The notes beneath the pieces are model-generated. The model saw only the letters and a list, made by a program, of their open reading frames with translations. It was not told where the DNA came from and did not search any database. Source: an actinobacterium SCGC AAA027-J17 (GTDB lineage: Bacteria; Actinomycetota; Actinomycetes; Nanopelagicales; Nanopelagicaceae). From it: DNA of 64,000 nt. A program made the translations under genes and the position numbers. This document shows, piece after piece, positions 10,051 through 19,271 of the stretch; position 1 is the stretch's first letter; every line of letters starts with the position of its first letter. The stretch covers positions 12,945 through 76,944 of the forward strand of contig KB912743.1 of assembly GCA_000383815.1 (NCBI GenBank). The letters are read 5' to 3'.

Positions 10051-10662
10051 ATGAACTCATTTGCCGAGAGTTTTGCGCACGAGGATTACTTCATGCAACA
10101 AGCTAGAAGAAATGGGCAGGAAATAAGTGCGTCAGATCCAACGCCGGCAGTTGGAAAGTTTTTAAAGTTTTCAGTTAATTTGCTAAATGCTAAATCGGTT
10201 GTGGAGATTGGAACTGGCTCAGGTGTTGGTGGGTTGTGGCTGCTTAGCGGCATGCCATCTGATGCAGTGCTTACAACTATTGATTCCGAGCGAGAGCATT
10301 CCAAAATAGCTAAAACTATTTTTGATGAGGCAGATGTAGCACCAACTAGGTATCGGATCATTACTGGTAAGTTAATTGAAGTAATCGGAAAACTAGCCGA
10401 CAACTCTTATGACTTAATTGTTATTAGACCAGCACTTGATTTGTTTGACATGGTTCACGAGTCCTACCGATTGTTGAAATCGGGTGGTTTACTAATCATC
10501 GACCAGGCGTTAAGCGGTGGCAAGGTTGCCGACCCAACCCAAAGAGATCCTGAGAGTATTGCTAGAAGAGATGCAATAAAGGTTGTAAAAGAGGATGAAA
10601 GATGGGCAGCATCACTTATTCCCATTGGCGCAGGTGTCTTAGTAGCCAATAAACTTACTTAA
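10051..10662 (+). CDS. SAM-dependent O-methyltransferase (Rv1220c-like)
   Basis: VEIGTGSGVGGL, LTTID, KVADPTQRD; GAGGTG RBS. Confidence 0.88.
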   Translation: MNSFAESFAHEDYFMQQARRNGQEISASDPTPAVGKFLKFSVNLLNAKSVVEIGTGSGVGGLWLLSGMPSDAVLTTIDSEREHSKIAKTIFDEADVAPTRYRIITGKLIEVIGKLADNSYDLIVIRPALDLFDMVHESYRLLKSGGLLIIDQALSGGKVADPTQRDPESIARRDAIKVVKEDERWAASLIPIGAGVLVANKLT

Positions 10663-11787
10663 ATGAAGCAACCATCAAATACACCATGGTGGCAAGCTAG
10701 TGCAGAACCTAAGCAAGTTCGAATAATTTCTAGCAAAAGTAACTCTAATTTTTTTGTTGTTGCCGTAGTAATCGCATTAATAGCTGGTGGATTTGGCGCA
10801 GCAATTGGTCGGGGAAGTGCTACAAATATTGGCGCTAATTTAGTGCAAACATCAAATTCAATAGAACGAGCACCAGATTCAATTGCAGCTTTAGCGGCTC
10901 GGGTAATTCCAGCAGTAGTTTCAATTTCCGTAAAAGGATCAGGTGGTTCAGGTACTGGTTCTGGTTTCTTCCTAGATAGTGATGGATTTATTTTGACAAA
11001 CAACCATGTGGTTGAGTCAGCAGCAAGAAGTGGAACTATCACTGTTGAGTTATCTGATGGCAAGAAGTACCGAGCAAAGTTGATTGGCAGAGATGGTCCT
11101 TATGATCTCGCAGTGCTTAAAATTGATGTGGTTGGCGCCCCTACATTGCAATTGGGCAATAGCGATAGCGTGCAAGTAGGAGATGCAGTAATTGCTATTG
11201 GATCACCCCTTGGGCTTTCAGGCACTGTTACCTCTGGAATTATTAGTTCAAAAAACCGAGCAGTTACTACTGGTGGTGGAAGCGGCGAGAGCTCATTTAT
11301 TAATGCACTACAGACTGATGCAGCAATTAATCCAGGTAACTCTGGTGGACCACTAGTTGATGCAACTGGTGCAGTAATTGGTGTTAACTCAGCAATTGCA
11401 ACACTTGGGTTTAGCAGCCAAGCAGGTTCAATTGGATTAGGTTTTGCTATTCCAATTAACCAAGCTAAAAAAACTACTGAGCAGCTAATCAGAACAGGTT
11501 CAGCTACATACCCAATAATGGGAATTTCAGTTGATACTAGATATACCGGTACTGGGGCGTTGATTACTAGCGAAGGTGTTGGAATAACACCAGGCGGACC
11601 TGCTGCAAAAGCTGGCTTACGAGCAGGTGATGTGATTATTGAATTTGATGGCTCTGAGGTTGATAATTCAGATGAATTAATCGTAATGATCAGAAGTAAG
11701 AATGTAGGAGATAAGGTAAAGATTAAGTATAAACGCAGTAATTTGACCAAAGAAATAACCGTTACTCTTGCAGCATCTAAGGAGTAA
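10663..11787 (+). CDS. htrA: HtrA family serine protease with PDZ domain
   Basis: TM; LTNNHVV, DLAVLK, QTDAAINPGNSGGPL; C-terminal PDZ. Confidence 0.93.
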   Translation: MKQPSNTPWWQASAEPKQVRIISSKSNSNFFVVAVVIALIAGGFGAAIGRGSATNIGANLVQTSNSIERAPDSIAALAARVIPAVVSISVKGSGGSGTGSGFFLDSDGFILTNNHVVESAARSGTITVELSDGKKYRAKLIGRDGPYDLAVLKIDVVGAPTLQLGNSDSVQVGDAVIAIGSPLGLSGTVTSGIISSKNRAVTTGGGSGESSFINALQTDAAINPGNSGGPLVDATGAVIGVNSAIATLGFSSQAGSIGLGFAIPINQAKKTTEQLIRTGSATYPIMGISVDTRYTGTGALITSEGVGITPGGPAAKAGLRAGDVIIEFDGSEVDNSDELIVMIRSKNVGDKVKIKYKRSNLTKEITVTLAASKE

Positions 11788-11792
11788 TTAAA

Positions 11793-12089
11793 ATGTTTAA
11801 TATTGGTGGCGGTGAGATTCTTGCATTACTTGTTATTGGCATGATTCTGATTGGCCCTGATCGCTTGCCAAATATGGCAGCAGACGCAGCCAGACTGTTA
11901 ATTAAAGTAAAAAACATGGCCCAAAATGTGACCAATGAAATAAAAGATAATTTAGGACCCGGATATGAAGACATGCAAGTAAAAGATTTACATCCAAAAG
12001 CTTTAATTAAAAAGCACATTGGTGATGTCATTGATAAGTCTGATTTAGAGGTAAAACCAAAGCCAAAAATAGATCCAGAGATTCTATGA
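11793..12089 (+). CDS. tatB: Twin-arginine translocase subunit TatB
   Basis: MFNIGGGE...IGPDRLP; htrA-tatB-mrp synteny. Confidence 0.9.
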   Translation: MFNIGGGEILALLVIGMILIGPDRLPNMAADAARLLIKVKNMAQNVTNEIKDNLGPGYEDMQVKDLHPKALIKKHIGDVIDKSDLEVKPKPKIDPEIL

Positions 12090-13201
12090 GCACAGTAGAT
12101 CAAATTAATAAGGCACTTGAAAAAGTTATTGACCCAGAGTTGCACAAGCCGCTTCCTGAACTAGGAATGGTGGAGGCGGTCAAATTTGCTAATGGCACCG
12201 CCAGCATCGCTATCTTGCTCACCATTGTCGGTTGTCCGATGAAAGACCGGTTAAAGTCAGATATCACCAATGCATTAAGTGAGATTACCGAGGTCAAATC
12301 AGTAGAGATTAATTTTGGAGTAATGAGTGAGGAACAAAGAAACAATGTGAAGAAAATTATTAGAGGTGGACGTGAGAAATTCATCCCATTTGCACAACCA
12401 GATTCTTTAACCAGAGTACTAGGTATTGCCTCTGGAAAAGGTGGTGTTGGTAAATCTTCAGTCACTGTAAATTTAGCTGTTGCTGCAGCAGCTAGAGGTT
12501 TAAAGGTAGGAATATTGGATGCAGATGTATATGGTCATTCAATCCCTCGATTAATGGGAATCTTAGATAAGAGGCCAACAGCGATAGATCAAACTTTTAT
12601 TCCAGTTGAAAATTATGGCGTGAAGGTAGTTTCAATGGAAATGTTTAAACCTGAAAGATCTGATCCAGTTGCCTATCGTGGGCCGCTACTGCATAAAGTT
12701 TTAGAACAATTGTTAAGTGATGCTTTCTGGGGCGATTTAGATTTATTGTTACTGGATCTACCACCAGGAACTGGTGATATTGCGATATCACTTGGTCAAT
12801 TAATTCCCGGTTCAGAAATTATCGTTGTAACTACACCGCAGATTGCAGCGGCTGAAGTTGCCGAGCGTGCCGGAAGAATTGCTCATCAAATTAAGCAACC
12901 AGTAATTGGCGTAATTGAAAATATGTCAGAGACCATCTCTGCCACAACAGGTGAGAAAATATCTATCTTTGGTAGTGGTGGCGGTGAAGAGACCGCAAGA
13001 CGACTAAGTGAGTTGGTTGGAGCTGATGTTCCATTGTTGGCAAAAATTGGTTTTGATACAAATGTCCGCGAAGGCGGTGATGCTGGTAATCCGATTGTAT
13101 TAACTGATCAAAAGATGAAGGATGCCTTTGATTCAATTTTAGATAAAATCATTGTTCGATCTAAGTCTTTAGTAGGCGTGAGGCTGAACGTAAATACTTA
13201 A
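12086..13201 (+). CDS. mrp: Mrp/ApbC Fe-S cluster carrier ATPase
   Basis: VIDPEL, GCP, SGKGGVGKS, DADVYG, DLPPGTGD, VTTPQ, ENMS. Confidence 0.93.
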   Translation: MSTVDQINKALEKVIDPELHKPLPELGMVEAVKFANGTASIAILLTIVGCPMKDRLKSDITNALSEITEVKSVEINFGVMSEEQRNNVKKIIRGGREKFIPFAQPDSLTRVLGIASGKGGVGKSSVTVNLAVAAAARGLKVGILDADVYGHSIPRLMGILDKRPTAIDQTFIPVENYGVKVVSMEMFKPERSDPVAYRGPLLHKVLEQLLSDAFWGDLDLLLLDLPPGTGDIAISLGQLIPGSEIIVVTTPQIAAAEVAERAGRIAHQIKQPVIGVIENMSETISATTGEKISIFGSGGGEETARRLSELVGADVPLLAKIGFDTNVREGGDAGNPIVLTDQKMKDAFDSILDKIIVRSKSLVGVRLNVNT

Positions 13202-13371
13202 GCTTTCGCATTTTGCCAAGCTGTTCACTATTTAGGTCAAAAGTGGCTTTCACCGTCAATCTGGCTAGAAATACTGGATTTAGGTTTGGCTAAGTACTTG
13301 AATTCATTGAGTTGGGGTAACGGCTTGCTATCAATTCATAACAATAATTAATTTATAGGTAGGTTTTACCC

Positions 13372-14277
13372 ATGAAGAATCAAGATCACACAAAATTACC
13401 AACTGGCAGGGATATCCCCTTTTTGGTTTTAGGCGTACTTGGTATTGGTTCCTCAGGGCCCATCATCGCAAAAGCCACTATGCCAATTCCTACAATGATT
13501 TTCTGGCGCAACTTAGTTGGAGCATTAGTAATGATGCCCTTTGCTTTGGCTAGGGGTGAGTGGCGCACAAAGGCTCAGCAAAGTGCAATTCGCTGGTCAA
13601 TTTTGGCTGGCGCATTACTTGCTACTCATTTTGTTTGTTTCTTTTGGGCTATGAAATTAACAAGTGTGGCCACTGGAACAGCGTTAACCGCTACCCAACC
13701 AATATTTGCTGCAATATTTATTAAATTAGCTGGTGGTCACATACCCAAAAAATCAATTGGTGGAATGGTGATTGCATTTTTCTCAGTAGTTGTTATTACT
13801 GGAATTGATTTCAATGTTTCAATCCAAGCCTTTCAAGGTGATCTGCTAGCTGTAATTGGTGGGGCAGTGGGCGCTGCTTACATGATTATTGCTGCCAACT
13901 CACAAAAAGTTATCTCGACTTCAACATTTACTACAGTTTGCTATTTAACATGTGCGGTACTGATTTTTCCAGTAGTACTTGCTACCAAATCGAATTTAAC
14001 AGGTTTTTCAACTACAGAATGGATCTTGTTAGCAGGATTAATCATTGGTGCGCAATTCTTAGGTCATACCTTGTTTAACTTCACTCTTAAGCGAGTTTCA
14101 CCAGCGGTTGTCTCGCTAGTTGTATTTTTCGAAGTGCCAGTTAGTGCACTACTTGCATATCTTTGGCTTGGACAGCAACCACCAGCTGGAACCATTCCTG
14201 GAATAATTGGCTTACTATTTGGTTGCTCACTCTTTGTATTGCGATCAAACCAAGAAGAGAGTAAGTCAAATGATTGA
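13372..14277 (+). CDS. EamA/DMT family transporter
   Basis: ~10 hydrophobic segments in two repeats; GDLLA, GHTLFN, EVPV. Confidence 0.88.
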   Translation: MKNQDHTKLPTGRDIPFLVLGVLGIGSSGPIIAKATMPIPTMIFWRNLVGALVMMPFALARGEWRTKAQQSAIRWSILAGALLATHFVCFFWAMKLTSVATGTALTATQPIFAAIFIKLAGGHIPKKSIGGMVIAFFSVVVITGIDFNVSIQAFQGDLLAVIGGAVGAAYMIIAANSQKVISTSTFTTVCYLTCAVLIFPVVLATKSNLTGFSTTEWILLAGLIIGAQFLGHTLFNFTLKRVSPAVVSLVVFFEVPVSALLAYLWLGQQPPAGTIPGIIGLLFGCSLFVLRSNQEESKSND

Positions 14278-15115
14278 TTTACATACACATACAAACTTTA
14301 GTGATGGAACAGATTCACCCACTCAGTTAATAAACAAAGCACTAGCTGCTGGAATTTCAGTGCTGGGCCTAACTGATCATGACTCAATAAGTGGCTGGCA
14401 AGAGGCAATTACTGCGCTTCGACCAGGTATTTCACTTGTGCCCGGAGCTGAGATCTCCTGCCAAACACCAGATGGAATAAGTGTGCATATTCTGGGATTG
14501 CTATTTGATTCTGAAAATTTAGAGTTAATGAGCACTATGCAAGCAACCCGAGAAAATAGGCATGGTCGAATGGCAAAAATTATTACACGGCTTAATGAGG
14601 CCGGAATTGAGATAAGTATGCAAGATGTCTTAGATCAGTTAGCAGATGGTGCAACTTTAGGACGCCCACATTTGGCAGATGCATTAGTAAAAAAAGGAGT
14701 TGTAGCCAGCCGGGATGAGGCGTTTACTCAGATGCTGCACAATAAATCAAAATATTATGTTTCCCATTACTCACCGCTGCCTGAGGCAGCAATAAAAATG
14801 ATTAAAGCAGCTGGTGGAGTCTCAGTAATTGCGCACCCAATGGCTTCACATCGGGGTAGAACAATCTCACTTGAAACCTTTGGTTCTTTGATTGATGCCG
14901 GCCTAGATGGTGTTGAGGTTGATCATCGCGATCACTCACCTGATGAAAAAACTCAGCTTATTGAATTGGCCAAGCAAAATAATCTAGTGATGACTGGAGC
15001 TAGTGATTACCATGGAAATGGAAAGCTAAACCAGTTAGGTGAGTACGTAACGATGCCAGAACAGTGGGAGAGATTAGAGGCTAGGGCTAATAAACGTCGA
15101 GTAATTAAACTCTAA
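14270..15115 (+). CDS. PHP-domain phosphoesterase (TrpH/YciV-like)
   Basis: IDLHTHT..SDG, LTDHD, GAEIS, GRPHLA, AHP, GASDYHG. Confidence 0.9.
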   Translation: MIDLHTHTNFSDGTDSPTQLINKALAAGISVLGLTDHDSISGWQEAITALRPGISLVPGAEISCQTPDGISVHILGLLFDSENLELMSTMQATRENRHGRMAKIITRLNEAGIEISMQDVLDQLADGATLGRPHLADALVKKGVVASRDEAFTQMLHNKSKYYVSHYSPLPEAAIKMIKAAGGVSVIAHPMASHRGRTISLETFGSLIDAGLDGVEVDHRDHSPDEKTQLIELAKQNNLVMTGASDYHGNGKLNQLGEYVTMPEQWERLEARANKRRVIKL

Positions 15116-15379
15116 TTATTGATTTGCAAAACCCACATGGCGATCAGCTGACTCGCCAACTTCAACATAACTTATTTTGTTATGCGGAACTAAAATTTCT
15201 CGGCCTTTACTGTCACTTAATGCTAAAACAGTTGCGGATTTAATCGCCTCATTAACCTTTGCGATTACTTCAGAGCTTGTGCTTGGAGATTCAAAATTAA
15301 TCTCATGGGTGCTATCTGAAATACCAATCTTGACCTCAGTTTTACCTGAAGCTTTACTTGCATTCTTTGCAGTTGCCAT
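15116..15379 (-). CDS. DUF3107 family protein
   Basis: EVKIGI...LSDSKGR...ISYVEVG...VGF typical actinobacterial motif, downstream of TetR. Confidence 0.85.
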   Translation of the reverse strand: MATAKNASKASGKTEVKIGISDSTHEINFESPSTSSEVIAKVNEAIKSATVLALSDSKGREILVPHNKISYVEVGESADRHVGFANQ

Positions 15380-15416
15380 GTGATAACTCTATCTATTGCT
15401 TGAAAGGTTTGCGAAT

Positions 15417-16025
15417 CTAGGATTGTGACTTAGGAAACCCTGAAATACCTCGCCAAATTAAATTCATCACCAATTCTGTAGCCCGCCTGCGATCAATTTT
15501 TCCATCTCGATCTAGCCAATGTCGAGCAGTTGTTTGAACTGTGCCAATTATTCCCACTGCAAGCATCATGGATTCCTCTTTACCTAACCCGGTATCAATC
15601 GAAATCACGGCACTAACTGCAGCTGCGCAGTCGTAGGTCATTCGATTAAGTCGCTCGCGGACTTGTGGCTCTAAATTCATATCGCTTTCAAAAAGTAGGC
15701 GGAAAGCTTCACCTTCAGAATCAATGAAGCCAAAGTAGGCCTCAACTGTTGCGGCAACTCTTGATGAGTTCTCACGATTGGATGCAATTGCTTTTTGAAT
15801 CGCAAATACTAATGAGTCAATGTGCAAATCAAGGACTGCTAAGTAAAGTTCTAATTTTGAAGGAAAGTGCTGGTATAAAACTGGCTTACTAACATTTGCA
15901 CGGTCTGCTATCTCATCCATCGCAGCAGAGTGATAACCAGCGGCAGTAAATACCTCTAAGGCGGCAACTAGTAGTTGCGCACGACGCTCATCCCGCGGTA
16001 ACCGAGCAGACTTATCATCGACCAT
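15417..16025 (-). CDS. TetR/AcrR family regulator (Rv3208-like)
   Basis: RLPRDERRAQLL, MDEIADRANVSKPVLYQHFPSK. Confidence 0.93.
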   Translation of the reverse strand: MVDDKSARLPRDERRAQLLVAALEVFTAAGYHSAAMDEIADRANVSKPVLYQHFPSKLELYLAVLDLHIDSLVFAIQKAIASNRENSSRVAATVEAYFGFIDSEGEAFRLLFESDMNLEPQVRERLNRMTYDCAAAVSAVISIDTGLGKEESMMLAVGIIGTVQTTARHWLDRDGKIDRRRATELVMNLIWRGISGFPKSQS

Positions 16026-16092
16026 TAGTGAATTCTAATCTGTTATTACTTAATTTGTCAGTTTCTCTCATGTTTATAGTTATATTGTGTGG

Positions 16093-16959
16093 GTGAAATC
16101 AGCAAAGAGATTATTACTAGTTCACGCCCATCCAGATGATGAAACAATTAATAATGGCGTCACTATGGCTAAATATGCTGCCGATGGCATCGATGTCACA
16201 TTAGTGACTTGCACCCGAGGTGAAGAGGGTGAAGTTTTAGTTGATTCTTTACTAAATCTAGCTAGTAGCAAAGATGACAAACTGGGTGAACATCGTGAAG
16301 TTGAATTAAAAGATGCGATGCATGAATTAGGAATAAAGGATTTTAGATTTCTTGGATCACCTAGCAAAAAATGGCGTGACAGTGGGATGATGGGAATGCC
16401 ACAAAATGACCGCAAAGATGTATTTTGGCAAGCAGATTTAGATGAAGCAGCCAATGAACTAGTAAAAATCATTTTGGAAATAAAACCGCAAGTGTTGATT
16501 ACATATGATGAATTTGGCGGCTATGGACACCCTGATCATATAAAGGCACACCAAGTAGCGATGCGGGCAGCAGAGATCGCTACCCAGCAGGGCTGGCAAG
16601 TTAGCAAAATTTATTGGAACACAATGCCAAGATCTGTTATTCAGATGGGGATCGACAAAATGAAAGAGGTTGGTTCAGAGTTTTTTGGCGCAGAAAATGC
16701 TGATGATCTACCGTTTGCAAAGCCAGATGAGCTAGTTACCTCTGTAGTTAAAGCACCTGAGTATGTTGCACAAAAATTAGCAGCAATGAAGGCACATGCC
16801 ACTCAAATTTCAGTCGATGGTCCTTTCTTTGCCTTATCAAATAATCTGGGCTTATCAGTATGGGGAGATGAGTACTACACCTTGGTAAAAGGGGAGATAG
16901 CTGGACCATTTGATGAAAATGGTCGGGAATTAGATTTATTTTCAGGAGTTAAGTTGTGA
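16093..16959 (+). CDS. mshB: GlcNAc-Ins deacetylase (mycothiol biosynthesis)
   Basis: VHAHPDDE, TCTRGEEGE, WRDSGMMG, GGYGHPDH, AHATQI, FALSN; GTG start preceded by TATATT-N6. Confidence 0.9.
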   Translation: MKSAKRLLLVHAHPDDETINNGVTMAKYAADGIDVTLVTCTRGEEGEVLVDSLLNLASSKDDKLGEHREVELKDAMHELGIKDFRFLGSPSKKWRDSGMMGMPQNDRKDVFWQADLDEAANELVKIILEIKPQVLITYDEFGGYGHPDHIKAHQVAMRAAEIATQQGWQVSKIYWNTMPRSVIQMGIDKMKEVGSEFFGAENADDLPFAKPDELVTSVVKAPEYVAQKLAAMKAHATQISVDGPFFALSNNLGLSVWGDEYYTLVKGEIAGPFDENGRELDLFSGVKL

Positions 16960-17279
16960 AGCTAATTCAGAGCGCACTCTTTGGTGCACTACTTGGCTTT
17001 TGTGGAACTATGTTGCACAACTTCAACCAACCAATTGGATTAATTCTTTCTTTGATCTTAACTTACATAGGCTTTAAAGTTGTTGGACAAAAGTTCATCT
17101 ATCTTCGCTACCAAGTTATTGCTGCTGCCAGCTGGCTAGCATTAGTAATTCGGGCCAGTACCCCATGGTCTGGGGATGAAATTTTGATAACTGGTAATAC
17201 CTTTGGAAATCTATTTCTGTTAGGCGGTTTCACCGCCATAATTATAAGTATGTTCAAGAGCCGTTCGAAGTTTAGTTAA
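16956..17279 (+). CDS. Small membrane protein downstream of mshB (DUF6113/Rv1171-like)
   Basis: 4 hydrophobic segments; GTGA overlap with mshB; usual synteny. Confidence 0.65.
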   Translation: MKLIQSALFGALLGFCGTMLHNFNQPIGLILSLILTYIGFKVVGQKFIYLRYQVIAAASWLALVIRASTPWSGDEILITGNTFGNLFLLGGFTAIIISMFKSRSKFS

Positions 17280-18672
17280 TTATCCAATCCCAACTTTGTC
17301 CAGACTTACTATCTTTAACCGCAACACCTAATTTTTCTAACTCATTGCGAAGTCGATCACTTTGGCTAAAATCTCCAGATTTTCTAGCTACCTCTCGCTG
17401 TTGTAATAGCTTTTGCGCATCAAGTGATAACTCTTTTTGAGCGATTTGATTTAGCAGATTTAATCCGAATAGCTGATCCACAGATTTAAACACAAGGTGC
17501 TTACTGCCGTCACTTATCGAATCAGATTTTTCAAGATTTCTTAATTTTTGAAGTGCTCTTGGGGTATCAAGATCTTGTCTAAAATCGGTGACTATCTCCT
17601 CAATAAGTTTTTGAGTTAAAGGTGAATCTATATTTGAATCTTGTTGCCAAACTTTAATCTTCTCTCGCCACCGTTGTAGAAGGCTGTGTGCTGCTTTCAA
17701 ACTTTCCCAACTTAAATCCATTTGGCTTCGGTATCTATTTTCTAAAAAGCACAACCTCAGTGCCAATGGGTCAATATTTTTTTCAATTAGATCAGAGATT
17801 AAAACTACATTTCCAGTACTTTTTGCCATTTTTCTTCCTTCAAAAAGAAGGTGCTCACCATGCACCCACAGCTCTACAGCTTCCTTATCAATTGCACAGT
17901 TAGATTGCGCGCGTTCATCCTCATGGTGTGGAAATCTAAGATCGATTCCGCCAAGGTGTAAATCAACAAACTTATCTAAATAATGCAGCGACATTGCCGA
18001 GCACTCAATGTGCCAACCCGGAAATCCGGCACCCCAAGGAGAGTCCCAGATCATTTGTGTTCGATCACCAGCTGCCTTCCATAACGCCCAGTCCGCGTGA
18101 AATCTCTTCGCACCATCTTCGGTGTATTCAAATCGGTGACCTGGCTTTAGTGAATCCAATCTATTTCCACTGATTGCGCCATAACCTGGAAATGATTGCG
18201 CAGAAAAGTAAACGCAGTTATCACTGCCAACATAGGCATGATTTTTTGCAATTAATTTTGAGATTAAATCTTGCATCATCTCTATACATTCACTCGCCTT
18301 GGGATACTTATCGGCAGGTGTGATATTTAAGTGAGATAAATCCTTATGGAATCGAGCCTCATAGATTCTAGCTATTTCAAATGGATCCTTTGACTCAGCT
18401 TTAGCTTGCGCAAGGATTTTATCCTCTACAAAATCCTCTGACATATGACCAACATCGGTAATATTTTGAATAAATTCAACATCATGGCCAAGGAATTTTG
18501 CTGTTCTAGTTACCAAATCGCCAAGTAGAAATGTTCGCATATTTCCAACATGTGCGTCACGATAAACAGTTGGTCCGCAGCTATAAATTCTTATTCTTTT
18601 GCCATCACTACTTTTTAATGGTTGTAATTTTCTGCTCTTAGTATCAAATAGTGAAATCTGAGCAGTACTCAT
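17272..18672 (-). CDS. cysS: Cysteine--tRNA ligase family protein
   Basis: CGPTVY, HVGN, NITDV, PGWHIECSAM, GGIDLRFPHHE, KMAKS, C-terminal anticodon helix (REVARKSGDF.QSDRLR). Confidence 0.88.
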   Translation of the reverse strand: MSTAQISLFDTKSRKLQPLKSSDGKRIRIYSCGPTVYRDAHVGNMRTFLLGDLVTRTAKFLGHDVEFIQNITDVGHMSEDFVEDKILAQAKAESKDPFEIARIYEARFHKDLSHLNITPADKYPKASECIEMMQDLISKLIAKNHAYVGSDNCVYFSAQSFPGYGAISGNRLDSLKPGHRFEYTEDGAKRFHADWALWKAAGDRTQMIWDSPWGAGFPGWHIECSAMSLHYLDKFVDLHLGGIDLRFPHHEDERAQSNCAIDKEAVELWVHGEHLLFEGRKMAKSTGNVVLISDLIEKNIDPLALRLCFLENRYRSQMDLSWESLKAAHSLLQRWREKIKVWQQDSNIDSPLTQKLIEEIVTDFRQDLDTPRALQKLRNLEKSDSISDGSKHLVFKSVDQLFGLNLLNQIAQKELSLDAQKLLQQREVARKSGDFSQSDRLRNELEKLGVAVKDSKSGQSWDWIIN

Positions 18673-18851
18673 TTGCTTGGCACAACCTTCCAAATAGCAA
18701 TCTTTGCTGGATCAAAGGAAACTAAGGTGCCATCCTTCTTTCGGAGTGTGTTCTCACTCTCTAAAATACCGAGAATGTCCCGATAGCCACCAGCTGGATC
18801 ATGCAGGCGAATACTGACCCGCTGACCTATTTGTGCCGCAGATGGCTGCAC
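18669..18851 (-). CDS. 60-aa SH3-like protein resembling N-terminal domain of Rv0428c-type acetyltransferases
   Basis: IGQRVSIR...YRDILGIL...KKDG...IAIWKVVP; GGAGG RBS; ATGA overlap with cysS. Confidence 0.65.
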   Translation of the reverse strand: MQPSAAQIGQRVSIRLHDPAGGYRDILGILESENTLRKKDGTLVSFDPAKIAIWKVVPSK

Positions 18852-18944
18852 TTGACCCCCTCCATTAAACTCGCCTCCAGTTAGAGTATGAGTTAGTGGC
18901 AGTATTCTCTACCTATATAGCTGGATATAACTGTAAGGAGAAGC

Positions 18945-19265
18945 GTGACCTACATAATTGCTCAACCATGTGTTGATGTGAAAGATAAATCCTGCATTGA
19001 AGAGTGCCCAGTGGATTGCATCTATGAGGGTGACCGCATGCTTTATATCCAACCTGATGAGTGTGTTGATTGTGGTGCATGCGAGCCAGTCTGCCCAGTG
19101 GAGGCTATTTACTATGAAGATGATGTGCCTTCGCAATGGAAGAACTACAGCGAGGTCAATACTAAGTTTTTTGTTGAAATTGGATCCCCTGGCGGTGCAG
19201 CTAAGTTAGGTCCAGTTGGTAAAGATCATGAAATAGTTGCTGCCCTGCCACCTCAAGAAAAGTAG
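18945..19265 (+). CDS. fdxA: 7Fe ferredoxin
   Basis: MTYIIAQPCVDVKDKSCIEECPVDCIY...CVDCGACEPVCP; AAGGAG RBS. Confidence 0.96.
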   Translation: MTYIIAQPCVDVKDKSCIEECPVDCIYEGDRMLYIQPDECVDCGACEPVCPVEAIYYEDDVPSQWKNYSEVNTKFFVEIGSPGGAAKLGPVGKDHEIVAALPPQEK

Positions 19266-19271
19266 GCAAAC

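Noticed and set aside
11100-11750. 216-aa antisense ORF (and similar shadow ORFs at 8320-8874, 45247-45648, 48336-48719, 59308-59658)
   Set aside because: Antisense to well-conserved genes, no motifs or start signals; codon-bias shadows
13202-13350. Intergenic stretch between mrp and DMT gene as small ORF or pseudogene
   Set aside because: Minus-strand frames are short, interrupted and lack a start; no recognisable similarity
17272-18672. Calling this gene mshC
   Set aside because: Has CGPTVY and an anticodon-binding tail typical of CysRS rather than MshC
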